Assembly (NCBI GenBank): GCA_964350165.1
Contig: CAYGJA010000003.1
Coordinates: 4,233 to 68,232 of the forward strand
Length of the DNA stretch: 64,000 nucleotides
From: an uncultured Candidatus Saccharibacteria bacterium
GTDB lineage: Bacteria > Patescibacteriota > Minisyncoccia > Phycocordibacterales > UBA1006
Direction of reading: 5' to 3'
A program made the translations under genes and the position numbers. The notes below the pieces were generated by a model. That model was not told the origin of the DNA and did not search any database. It worked only from the letters and a program-made list of their open reading frames with translations. How positions within the stretch are numbered: the stretch's first letter is position 1; every line of letters starts with the position of its first letter. This document shows, one piece after another, positions 29,951 to 38,854 of the stretch.

Positions 29951-31861
29951 TCACTTATTTTTTGGTGGTTCGTGGTGGTAGCCGTAGACAGCTACCGAGA
30001 TGGTGCTGCTCTCTATAGCTACGTGAAACCCACTCGACCAATTGGGTTTCCCATAAACAGGAACCGCATCTAGGTACCGATTGGACAACACAATCCAGGA
30101 CTTCTTCACTTCATCCCAGAAAGGCTCCGAAGACCATTGCCCTCCTTCTTCTAACTGCCGTACTCCAACCTTGTCCACATACCGCTTCTTGTCTGAGTGG
30201 TCTATCCACAGGAGCTGTGGTTGATTGAAAGAATTTCGCATCATTCGCTGATACCTTATCAGCTGAGCCATCGACTCGCTGGCAATCGGGCTTGGAAACG
30301 ATACCACCCTGCCTAGATCAACCATCCACACCTTTCCTTGATAGTCCACCATAAAATTGTACGGATGACCGTCTCCGTTCCCATATCCGGCCTCGTGAAG
30401 GTTGTGGAAAATAACCATGGTTTGGCTCAAGAGGCCAGCCCTGGTGATTTGCCCACCCCACTCCTTTTCAATGTCGACATCTGACCAGGACAAGACATCT
30501 CCTAGGCGGTATCCCTGAATTCTGTCAAAAAGAATTCCTTCTCCATACTTAGAAGCAACATATCCAATGGCCCGCGGGGTAGGTATCCCTTTTCTTGCCA
30601 AAAGGTTGGCCAAATGCCCCTCGACATAGGGACGATTTCCGTCCGGGTCTGTGATGAGGACGACCTTGAGAATATAATTTTTCCTCGGGTCCTCTTTGTA
30701 GCCTTGGGCGTACCCAACAACCCTACTATAAAAGCCAGCACCTATCTGTGCGCCATCTTTTGCATAAAGCGCTAGGTACTCTTCAAGGAGTAAATGTCTC
30801 TCTTCCATGGATATTTCTCCTGGATAACCAATGTACTGGCGAAAGACCACTTTTCGATCTCCCGAAGATTCTGCCCCCACTGTGGTGGCGGCTACATCCA
30901 TATCCATGCACTCCCTGACACAATCAGGAGTTCCTGGGATGACATATTCTCCTCCCGTAACCAGAAGAGAATCTTGTGTAATCCACCAAGAACTCTTGGC
31001 TTGCAAATGCTGGCAATCCCAGCATTTTTTGTGCTGTTCCAGCACTCTTGCCACATCTGCGTCCAGCTCGTCCTGGACCAAGTCATCCAGCCACTCATAC
31101 GCGCTGTACGCATTGAGCAGATCCTTTAGCCAAGCTGGTAAAAAAGGGCCTTGTGGTGGCTCTGGCGCGAAGCTGGGCGATGATGGCTCCGGTAATGCAA
31201 TCGGCGGGGCTGGTGTCAAGGGCACAGTAATTCTTCCAGGAAAACTTGGCCCATTTCGAAAAGAAACGCGATCTTCCACCACCCCCCTCACATACTCTCG
31301 CAAACCCAAACCCATCACGGTGAGGGTAAAAGCTCCGGCGGCTGCGAGGGCAGGTCTAGAGTCCCGCATAATCAGGGTGGTGGCCAAAGCCTCTTCTGTG
31401 GCCATCTTTCCAACGCCATCCATAAAATCAGTTGGAGTTAGAGGAAGAGCCTCGGCCACTTCCCAAACGGTAGTGTCTTGCAAGAACTGCAGGTCCACCA
31501 TAACCACTGGCTGGTGGTTTTTGGGTGGATTCGTGGCCGTCTTGTACAGACAAACCCATTGTGGTTCGCCTGCTTCATTGATCCCGCTCATCCAGAGCGT
31601 ATCAATGGTTACGGGCCCCACCGACCTGGTGGTACCCCCCAGAATATGGTCCAAGTGGGCTGTCACCCCACTTTGGGCAATTTGCCGAGTGGTCTGGGCC
31701 GAAGCCGCTAGAGGGACATAGACCCTGCTGGCAGCCCCGGGACACTTTGCACACCTGTTTCCCGCGGTCCCAAAGGGGACCTGGGCTAGGGTGGTCGTAG
31801 ATAGAAAGAAAAGCAAGGTGGCCACGAGGGTGGCCGGGCGGAGGGAATATTTTTTTTTCAT
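29951..31861 (-). CDS. Secreted protein: shared N-terminal domain, Pro-rich linker, C-terminal protein-kinase-like domain
   Basis: Same first ~195 aa as 25231-26793; IGAGFYSRV, YILKV, LHEAGYGNGDGHPYNFMVD, VWMVDLG. Confidence 0.75.
   Translation of the reverse strand: MKKKYSLRPATLVATLLFFLSTTTLAQVPFGTAGNRCAKCPGAASRVYVPLAASAQTTRQIAQSGVTAHLDHILGGTTRSVGPVTIDTLWMSGINEAGEPQWVCLYKTATNPPKNHQPVVMVDLQFLQDTTVWEVAEALPLTPTDFMDGVGKMATEEALATTLIMRDSRPALAAAGAFTLTVMGLGLREYVRGVVEDRVSFRNGPSFPGRITVPLTPAPPIALPEPSSPSFAPEPPQGPFLPAWLKDLLNAYSAYEWLDDLVQDELDADVARVLEQHKKCWDCQHLQAKSSWWITQDSLLVTGGEYVIPGTPDCVRECMDMDVAATTVGAESSGDRKVVFRQYIGYPGEISMEERHLLLEEYLALYAKDGAQIGAGFYSRVVGYAQGYKEDPRKNYILKVVLITDPDGNRPYVEGHLANLLARKGIPTPRAIGYVASKYGEGILFDRIQGYRLGDVLSWSDVDIEKEWGGQITRAGLLSQTMVIFHNLHEAGYGNGDGHPYNFMVDYQGKVWMVDLGRVVSFPSPIASESMAQLIRYQRMMRNSFNQPQLLWIDHSDKKRYVDKVGVRQLEEGGQWSSEPFWDEVKKSWIVLSNRYLDAVPVYGKPNWSSGFHVAIESSTISVAVYGYHHEPPKNK
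31273..31836. repeat. 564-bp perfect direct repeat, copy 2
   Basis: Identical to 26196-26759. Confidence 0.95.
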
Positions 31862-31976
31862 AATCCAAACATATCGGAATTTTACCCTTCCGATGGGGTT
31901 TTTTGTGGAAATTTAAAATGAAAATAAGCCCAAAAGGCTTATTTGTCAAAATTTGTATTTTGTTTTGTAATTTTAT

Positions 31977-32468
31977 CTAGCCTTGCTCGAGCACTTTGAT
32001 CATGGCGCGGTAGGTGTTGGGTCCGGTTTGGCCATCGGCAGTGAGGCCTTCGGCTTTTTGGAAATCACGAATCCGAGCCGCAGTACCAGGACCATAGGCA
32101 TTGTCTACCTTGTCACTACGATCAAGGTATTCGTTGAGGAATCTCTGGACTGTGCCCACCCGGGTACCGGTGCTGCCTTCGCGCATGATCACCTTGTCGG
32201 TGGCTAGTTTTTCTAGTTCGCCAATCAGGGTCTTGACCGCAGCCGAAAGCTCGGTGGCTGGTTCGGTGATTGTTGGTTCTGATTCGGTGACTTCGGGTTC
32301 GGTAGTGACGACCTCGACTGGTTCTGGCTCAGGTTCTGGGAGCTGTTCACCCTGCTCTAACACCACGTACTCGGTACCTCGCTCGAGCTGCTGCAGACCA
32401 AACCAGCCCAGGGTGGCCAGAGCGGCTACAAAGAGAACTACTAGAAAATTTATAGAAAATGAATTCAT
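31977..32468 (-). CDS. Membrane-anchored peptidoglycan-binding domain protein
   Basis: TM, Glu/Pro linker, GSTGTRVGTVQRFLN...YGPGTAARIRDFQKAEGLTADGQTGPNT (PG_binding_1). Confidence 0.85.
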   Translation of the reverse strand: MNSFSINFLVVLFVAALATLGWFGLQQLERGTEYVVLEQGEQLPEPEPEPVEVVTTEPEVTESEPTITEPATELSAAVKTLIGELEKLATDKVIMREGSTGTRVGTVQRFLNEYLDRSDKVDNAYGPGTAARIRDFQKAEGLTADGQTGPNTYRAMIKVLEQG

Positions 32469-32574
32469 GAGACTAGTATACCAGCCAAAGGTAAAACTGT
32501 TCAACTGCAAAATTGGGTAAAGAAAAAACCGAGCCCCCTTGGGTAGACTCGGCTTTAGAAAATATAATTTATGG

Positions 32575-33387
32575 CTAATCTTGCCACCAGCCATACTTTT
32601 GGAAACGATACTTGGTTCGAGAGCTGTAATACATAAGAGTCTCTCTATCAAGATAAATAGTGATTATTTGCCTAGTGGTCATGTCCGTGAACTCAAACTC
32701 ATTTCTGTTGTTCACATAAACTTGCGGAGAAGCGAGCAGGCTCTTTTCCGCAAAACTACCGTACTTAACCAGAACCCATCTCTGCAAAGACCACAACGTC
32801 ATAGACCTGTTAATTGGTATCTTGATGACACCAGGTGCAGGACTATAAACCCCAAGAGGTGGCACGAATAAATGCTGACCCTCCTTAATGGACCCATCAC
32901 TCGGAAGCCCGTTCTCGAATACAATGGCGGAATCACAGACGGTCTCCCAACCATTAGGGCAACCGTATTGCCCGCGAATACTTGTGAGTGTCTCGCCCTT
33001 TTGGACCTCATGCCATCGACCTTGCTCCCAGGCCCAATAGTGGTCCACCTGGAGGACTCGTAATGATGCCACTGGCCGTAGTTCTTGTGTCTGAAAAACA
33101 GAAAGACTACTGACTGGCTCAATTGGTGGACGACTGAGATCAATGCTAGTACTAAGACAATTTTCCGGCGCTGCATACGACTCGCCCAGAATCGGGTTGG
33201 GCCATTTTTGCCTCAGGCACTGAGCAGCCGCAGATATTTGTGCTTCAGATAAATGTGGCTGAGCATTTCTTATGGCATCCTCCCACAAGGTCGACGAAGG
33301 ATACTGAGAAATCCGCACTACGATAGACTGCGCCTGAGTAATCAGGCTAATAAACAAGAACAAACTTAGAGAAAGAATACGTGCCAT
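32575..33387 (-). CDS. Secreted LysM-like domain protein
   Basis: Signal peptide ITQA|Q; HEVQKGETLTSIRGQYG...NGLPSDGSIKEGQHLFVP. Confidence 0.65.
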   Translation of the reverse strand: MARILSLSLFLFISLITQAQSIVVRISQYPSSTLWEDAIRNAQPHLSEAQISAAAQCLRQKWPNPILGESYAAPENCLSTSIDLSRPPIEPVSSLSVFQTQELRPVASLRVLQVDHYWAWEQGRWHEVQKGETLTSIRGQYGCPNGWETVCDSAIVFENGLPSDGSIKEGQHLFVPPLGVYSPAPGVIKIPINRSMTLWSLQRWVLVKYGSFAEKSLLASPQVYVNNRNEFEFTDMTTRQIITIYLDRETLMYYSSRTKYRFQKYGWWQD

Positions 33388-33477
33388 GATATTTTTTATT
33401 GTAAAAACAAAAGCCCCAGAGTGGGACCTTTGTCTTTGGTTGATTTGCAGCATTAAACTACAAATTTCAAATCTTGG

Positions 33478-33894
33478 CTATTTTTTAAGCAAGTCGCGGA
33501 TCTCGACCAGCAGGTCGGTTTCGGATAGGCCAGCTGGAGCTTTCTCGGCTGGTTCTTCTTTTTTGAGCTTGTTAATCATTTTTATCACCACAAACAAAGC
33601 AAAAGCCACAATCAGGAAAGCAATGACTGCATTGATAAAGGCACCGTAGCCGAGTACCGCTGCCCCAGCCTCGCGAGCTGCATCAATCGAGGTAAAAGCC
33701 TCCCCGGTTGGGTTGCGCAATATCACGAACAAGTTGCCAAAGTCTGGCGCCTTGAAAATACCAGACACAATCGGCATCAGGATATCATTGACCAACGACG
33801 TGACCACGGTACCAAAAGCCGCACCAATAATAATACCGACCGCCATATCAATCATATTGCCCTTAATGGCAAAATCTTTGAACTCTTTAAGCAT
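33478..33894 (-). CDS. mscL: Large-conductance mechanosensitive channel
   Basis: MLKEFKDFAIKGNMIDMAVGIIIGAAFGTVVTSLVNDILMP...LLVEIRDLLK. Confidence 0.97.
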   Translation of the reverse strand: MLKEFKDFAIKGNMIDMAVGIIIGAAFGTVVTSLVNDILMPIVSGIFKAPDFGNLFVILRNPTGEAFTSIDAAREAGAAVLGYGAFINAVIAFLIVAFALFVVIKMINKLKKEEPAEKAPAGLSETDLLVEIRDLLKK

Positions 33895-34001
33895 AGAAAA
33901 ATAAAAGTTAATTACAGACAAGTTAAGTATAGATTTTTGACCCAAAAAGAAAAGCATTCGACCGTTTAGTACAAATGCTTTTTTATTTAAAACATGCCAA
34001 G

Positions 34002-34586
34002 TCAGCGCATCATCCTGGCATGTTTTCTATTGAGGCGCCGGCAGGTAGTATCCGGCCAGATCAGCTTGAGCCGAGCACGAAATGAGCGAGACGGCCAGAG
34101 TGCGGGGAAGGTGTATTTTTCCCATCTGTGTCCTTTCTCTTCTTCGAGCCAAAGAGATCTGGACCACTCGCTCATTGGCAGCGAAATCTGCCAATCCCTG
34201 AAGCATCCACCCCTAATATGGATCGTGATGATTGTTTTTCCATAAGTGGCATGAGAAAAAACCATCACTATCTGGGCGCTGTTCCCGTTCAGCTGAGAAG
34301 TTTCTTGGACCTCCCAAAACCGAGCAGACTTGGAGCGGGTACCCCAAACCTGGGTTTCCTCATCAGGAATGGCAAACTTGCCCCAGCGGCTAGTCCTCAT
34401 CCGAACTCTCCCGCCATGAGCCTGGTACAAACGCAAATCCAGATCTAGCTTGTCCCCCGCATCCAGAAAATAATGGTGTCGGCCGGACTCGTCCAGGGAC
34501 ACCTGGTCTCGAATGGTTTTCCCCCAGCACATCGCCGGCAAGAAAACCAAAACCACTAATAAGGTTAATAAGGTTTTCGTTTTCAT
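34002..34586 (-). CDS. Hypothetical secreted, basic, Trp-rich protein
   Basis: MKTKTLLTLLVVLVFLPAMCWG signal peptide; fills the groEL-mscL gap with hairpins on both sides. Confidence 0.55.
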   Translation of the reverse strand: MKTKTLLTLLVVLVFLPAMCWGKTIRDQVSLDESGRHHYFLDAGDKLDLDLRLYQAHGGRVRMRTSRWGKFAIPDEETQVWGTRSKSARFWEVQETSQLNGNSAQIVMVFSHATYGKTIITIHIRGGCFRDWQISLPMSEWSRSLWLEEEKGHRWEKYTFPALWPSRSFRARLKLIWPDTTCRRLNRKHARMMR

Positions 34587-34687
34587 AGGCAATGATATTT
34601 TCGTGACTATACCTTCTTTTTTAAAATAACCAAACAAAAACCCGCCATGATGGCGAGTTTTTGTGGGTATAAATTAGGAGTTTTGGA

Positions 34688-36367
34688 TTACATCATACCT
34701 CCCATACCGCCCATGCCCGGCATGCCGCCCCCCATGGTTGGACCGTTGTCCTTGCCTGGTTCGTCGGCAATAGCCACTTCGGTCGTGAGGAAAATAGCCG
34801 CTGCACTAGCTGCGTTCTGCAGAGCATTGCGGGTTACTTTGACGGGGTCAATAATTCCGGCTTTGATCATGTCTTCGACATACTCGCCCTTCCGAGCGTC
34901 ATATCCAAGACCAGCATGGGTATGCTTGTCACCCTTGGCATCAACGTAATAACCACTCGCTACATTCTGCACAATTACTTTGGCTTCGTCTTCTTGGCCC
35001 GCATTGATCAGAATCTGCTCCATCGGCATCAACAGTGATTTAGCCACCAACTGATAACCAGCTTTCATTTCGTCCTTTGCTTTTTCTACTTTTGCACCCA
35101 AAGCTTTGGCTGTTTTGGCTAGAGCCGAACCTCCTCCAGGAACAATTCCCTCTTCAATAGCTGCTTTGGTTGCCTGGACCGCATCCTCAATCTTGTGCTT
35201 GAGGTACTTCATCTCGGTTTCGGTTGCTGCTCCGACGCGAATCACCGCCACGCCACCAGACAGTTTGGCGATACGTTCTTGGAGCTTTTCGCTGTCGTAT
35301 TTCGAAGTTGTATTTTCCAGTTGGGTCTTGAGCTGGGCCACCCGAGCCGCGATAGCTTTTTTGTCGCCCTTGCCGCCCACGATAATAGTCTCGTCTTTTT
35401 TGGACCGAACGACATCAGCGCGACCAATTACCTCGAGGCCAGCTTCTTCGAGCTTCATGCCTTTTTCTTCCGAGATAACCGTTGCTCCTACGGTAACGGC
35501 GATATCTTCGAGCATTTCTTTGCGCTTGTCTCCAAAACCAGGAGCCTTGATGGCCAGCACATTGATAGCGCCACGGATTTTGTTCACCACAAAAGTAGCC
35601 AAAGCTTCCCCGTCTACGTCTTCGGCAATCAACACAATGTCTTTCTTGCCAGACTGAGCGATTTGCTCAATCAAGGGAATAATTTCTTTTACGGTCGAAA
35701 CTTTCTTGTCTACGAGAATAATGGCTGGGTCTTTGAAATCAGCCTCCATACGTTCGGTATTCGTCACCATATATGGAGAAATATAACCACGATCAAAGGC
35801 CATTCCTTCGACCACATCCGAACTAATTCCCATGGTCTGACCTTCTTCAACGGTCACCACACCGTCATTACCAACCTTGTCGATGGTATCAGCAATGATG
35901 GCTCCAATTTCGTCTGATTCCGCAGAAATAGCTGCAACGTGTTTGATCTCATCGCCTTTTACTGGTTGGGCCATTTTCTTCAGAATATCAACCGCATCCT
36001 CGGCAGCTTTTTCGATACCGATTTTCATCAGGGTTCCGTTCACGCCCATGGCGGTCTTCTTTAGTCCTTCGGTAATCATGGCATGGGCCAAAGTAGTGGC
36101 TGTAGTAGTCCCATCACCCGCGGCTTCGTTTGTTTTTTCGGCAGCTTCGCGAATAATCTGAGCTCCCATGTTTTCGAATTTGTCAGACAGTTCGATGTCT
36201 TTGGCAATCGAGACTCCATCATTGGTAATGGTTGGTCCACCAAAACCGTCCAGTGCCACGTTGCGACCTCGCGGCCCAAGGGTAACTTTTACGGCCTCGG
36301 CCACAATGTCGATTCCTTTTTTAAGTGCCTCGCGGGCCTCGTTGTGCAGTAGTACTTTCTTTCCCAT
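34688..36367 (-). CDS. groL: Chaperonin GroEL
   Basis: [31 protein letters not shown] tail. Confidence 0.99.
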   Translation of the reverse strand: MGKKVLLHNEAREALKKGIDIVAEAVKVTLGPRGRNVALDGFGGPTITNDGVSIAKDIELSDKFENMGAQIIREAAEKTNEAAGDGTTTATTLAHAMITEGLKKTAMGVNGTLMKIGIEKAAEDAVDILKKMAQPVKGDEIKHVAAISAESDEIGAIIADTIDKVGNDGVVTVEEGQTMGISSDVVEGMAFDRGYISPYMVTNTERMEADFKDPAIILVDKKVSTVKEIIPLIEQIAQSGKKDIVLIAEDVDGEALATFVVNKIRGAINVLAIKAPGFGDKRKEMLEDIAVTVGATVISEEKGMKLEEAGLEVIGRADVVRSKKDETIIVGGKGDKKAIAARVAQLKTQLENTTSKYDSEKLQERIAKLSGGVAVIRVGAATETEMKYLKHKIEDAVQATKAAIEEGIVPGGGSALAKTAKALGAKVEKAKDEMKAGYQLVAKSLLMPMEQILINAGQEDEAKVIVQNVASGYYVDAKGDKHTHAGLGYDARKGEYVEDMIKAGIIDPVKVTRNALQNAASAAAIFLTTEVAIADEPGKDNGPTMGGGMPGMGGMGGMM

Positions 36368-36375
36368 ATATCTAT

Positions 36376-36669
36376 TTATTTAATTACAGCTAATAAATTT
36401 TCTTCGCGAACGACCAAATATTTTTCTCCATCAATCTCAATTTCATCAGGAGAATATTTACTAAAAACAACCGTGTCTCCAACCTTGACAGACATAGACA
36501 CTCGCTTGCCCGCTTCGTCCAATTTGCCAGGACCAACCGCAATCACTTCACCTTGTTCTGGTTTTTCTTGCGTGGCCGTATCCGGAATATAAATACCAGA
36601 AGCAGTCTTCTCTTCCATGACAGCCGGTTTTACGACCACTCGATCTCCTAAGGGTTCTAGTTTTTTCAT
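36376..36669 (-). CDS. groS: Co-chaperonin GroES
   Basis: [28 protein letters not shown]. Confidence 0.98.
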   Translation of the reverse strand: MKKLEPLGDRVVVKPAVMEEKTASGIYIPDTATQEKPEQGEVIAVGPGKLDEAGKRVSMSVKVGDTVVFSKYSPDEIEIDGEKYLVVREENLLAVIK

Positions 36670-36729
36670 ATATACAAGCAAATGGTTCACAATTAAAATG
36701 AACCATGATTATTACTGATAAGTAACTAC

Positions 36730-36758
36730 ATTTTATTTTTAGTTATCATCTTTGTCAA
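36730..36758 (-). promoter_or_regulatory. Sigma70-type promoter of groES-groEL
   Basis: TTGACA-N17-TAAAAT on the minus strand. Confidence 0.65.
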
Positions 36759-36850
36759 ACTTTTCGCTGTCGTGAAAAATATGTAGAACAAAGTACGCTT
36801 ACCCAAAAAAGAAACTTGCTTTTTTAGTGAAATTAATGATAATTACTGTT

Positions 36851-37084
36851 ATGGAATTTATTCAATCAATTTTGCCGTGGATTCAGATAGCTCTCGCTAT
36901 TCTCATCACCGTGACCGTGCTAATGCAACAATCAGAAGCAGGTCTTGGCGGCGCTTTCGGTGGAGACGATGCCACCAGCTCTATAAAGCGAACCCGTCGC
37001 GGTTTCGAAAAAACACTCTTCAATAGCACCATTGTGTTCGGTGTTCTTTTCGTAGCGACAGCATTGGTTGCAGCACTCTTGTAG
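36851..37084 (+). CDS. secG: Preprotein translocase subunit SecG
   Basis: VLMQQSEAGLGGAFGG...TRRGFEKTLFNST. Confidence 0.92.
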   Translation: MEFIQSILPWIQIALAILITVTVLMQQSEAGLGGAFGGDDATSSIKRTRRGFEKTLFNSTIVFGVLFVATALVAALL

Positions 37085-37124
37085 TTTTGTTTGCACAAAC
37101 AAAACTGCCCAAGAGTTCAACAAC

Positions 37125-38828
37125 GTGAACACTTCTATTTCTACAAAAAAAACGCTTCTTCAGCGCATACAGAGAAAAATCAGGTCTTTTTCGCAAACAC
37201 AGCGAATAATTTTTAGCGTCGCTTTCATCGGGGCCACCATTGGTGCCGCTGGTTTGGTGCGTACCGTTTTTCTGGCAGAATCAACAGTGATACCGACGCG
37301 TGGCGGAACCGTAACCGAAGGCATGGTGGGAACTCCGCGTTTTATTAATCCCGTCTTAGCCGAAACAAGCGTAGACCTGGACATGACACAGCTGATCTAC
37401 GCAGGCCTACTGCGTCGTAACGCAAGCGGTGAACTCGTTCCCGACTTGGCCACTCAATATTCTGTTTCAGAAGACGGAAAGACTTATCTTTTTACTCTTC
37501 GAGAAGATGTTTTTTTTCATAACGGACAACCGGTCTTGGCCGAGGACGTAGTCTTTACCATTGCTCAAACCCAGGTATCAAACTACCAAAGTCCTCACCG
37601 AAAAAGCTGGCAAGGCATCAAGGCTACAGCTCTCGACAACAAAACAGTTCAGTTTGAACTCCCCCAAGCTTTTGCTGGTTTCTTATCTCAGACAACCCTT
37701 GGAATACTCCCAAGTCATCTTTGGCAAACGATACCAAAAGAACAATTTGTTTTTAGCGATCTCAACACCAATCCAATAGGCAGTGGAACCTATGAAATAA
37801 GCAAAATCCAACGAGACCGCAATCGCACCCCCGAAACCTACATCTTGAAGGCAAACAAAAAATACTGGTCTGGGGAGCCGTTTGTTCAAAAGATAAAAAC
37901 CAGGTTTTTTGACTCCGAAGCAAACTTGGTGCGAGCTTTTTCACGAGGAGACGTTGATACCATGGCTGCCATTAGCCCCAAATTATTAACCGAGGTTGAC
38001 TACGAACTGCTTGTCACCACCACCCTGCCTCGAATTTTTGGTGTTTTTTTTAATACAACCAGACAGCCACTTTTTGTAGACAAAGATCTCGTAGAAATTA
38101 TAGACCTAGCCATTGACAAACAAGCAATAATCAATAATGTACTAGGCACGTATGGGTCGCCACTGGTTGGTCCCCTACCACCAACATTGACGACCATAAC
38201 CAACAGTCGCTCCAATCGTCCCAGCCAAGAAGAACTACAATCACGACTAGAGGCATTAGGCTGGTCTCTTAACGGAACAAACAATGTACGACAAAAAGAC
38301 GGCGTAATCTTGCAATTCAGCATCGCCACCAGCGACATCCCGGAACTGGTAGACACCGCGAATGTTATCAAGCGCTCACTTGCAGATATTGGAATTTTGG
38401 TTACCATCAATGTATTCGAAATACGAAACCTCGAGCTTGACATTATTCAGCCACGCAATTTTGAATCACTCCTGTTTGGACAAGTGGTCCGACACGACAC
38501 TGATCTTTACGCGTTCTGGCACTCATCACAATCAAGCAGCGAGGGGCTCAATATTACAAATTACAATAATTCAAACGTAGACGAAGCCCTAGAGACCGCT
38601 CTGTCGACCCTAGACACCGGCCTTCGTCGCAATCTATATCGCACAGTAGAAGAAGAAATCATAGCTGACAAACCAGCCATTTTCTTATATTCACCGCGAT
38701 TAGTATACGCAACGAACAAACCAATCGGGAACTTTGATATCGGCACCGTAAACCGCCCATCAGACAGGCTCAATCAAGCCCACACTTGGTATGTAAACAC
38801 GGAACGAATCTGGAATTTTTTCAAATAA
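37125..38828 (+). CDS. Peptide ABC transporter substrate-binding protein (family 5)
   Basis: PRFINPVLA, LVPDLATQYSVSEDGKTYLFTLREDVFFHNG, PIGSGTY; start uncertain. Confidence 0.9.
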   Translation: MNTSISTKKTLLQRIQRKIRSFSQTQRIIFSVAFIGATIGAAGLVRTVFLAESTVIPTRGGTVTEGMVGTPRFINPVLAETSVDLDMTQLIYAGLLRRNASGELVPDLATQYSVSEDGKTYLFTLREDVFFHNGQPVLAEDVVFTIAQTQVSNYQSPHRKSWQGIKATALDNKTVQFELPQAFAGFLSQTTLGILPSHLWQTIPKEQFVFSDLNTNPIGSGTYEISKIQRDRNRTPETYILKANKKYWSGEPFVQKIKTRFFDSEANLVRAFSRGDVDTMAAISPKLLTEVDYELLVTTTLPRIFGVFFNTTRQPLFVDKDLVEIIDLAIDKQAIINNVLGTYGSPLVGPLPPTLTTITNSRSNRPSQEELQSRLEALGWSLNGTNNVRQKDGVILQFSIATSDIPELVDTANVIKRSLADIGILVTINVFEIRNLELDIIQPRNFESLLFGQVVRHDTDLYAFWHSSQSSSEGLNITNYNNSNVDEALETALSTLDTGLRRNLYRTVEEEIIADKPAIFLYSPRLVYATNKPIGNFDIGTVNRPSDRLNQAHTWYVNTERIWNFFK

Positions 38829-38854
38829 AACAACTAACCAATTAATTTAATCTT

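Noticed and set aside
30831-31721. 296-aa plus-strand ORF and similar antisense ORFs over gyrA, groEL and rnj
   Set aside because: They lie fully opposite well-supported genes and show no recognisable motifs.
26196-31836. Diversity-generating retroelement (TR/VR pair)
   Set aside because: The copies are identical with no adenine-specific mismatches, lie at the 5' ends of genes, and no reverse transcriptase is in the window.
36682-36706. Canonical CIRCE element
   Set aside because: Arm sequence does not match TTAGCACTC/GAGTGCTAA; kept only as an unexplained inverted repeat.
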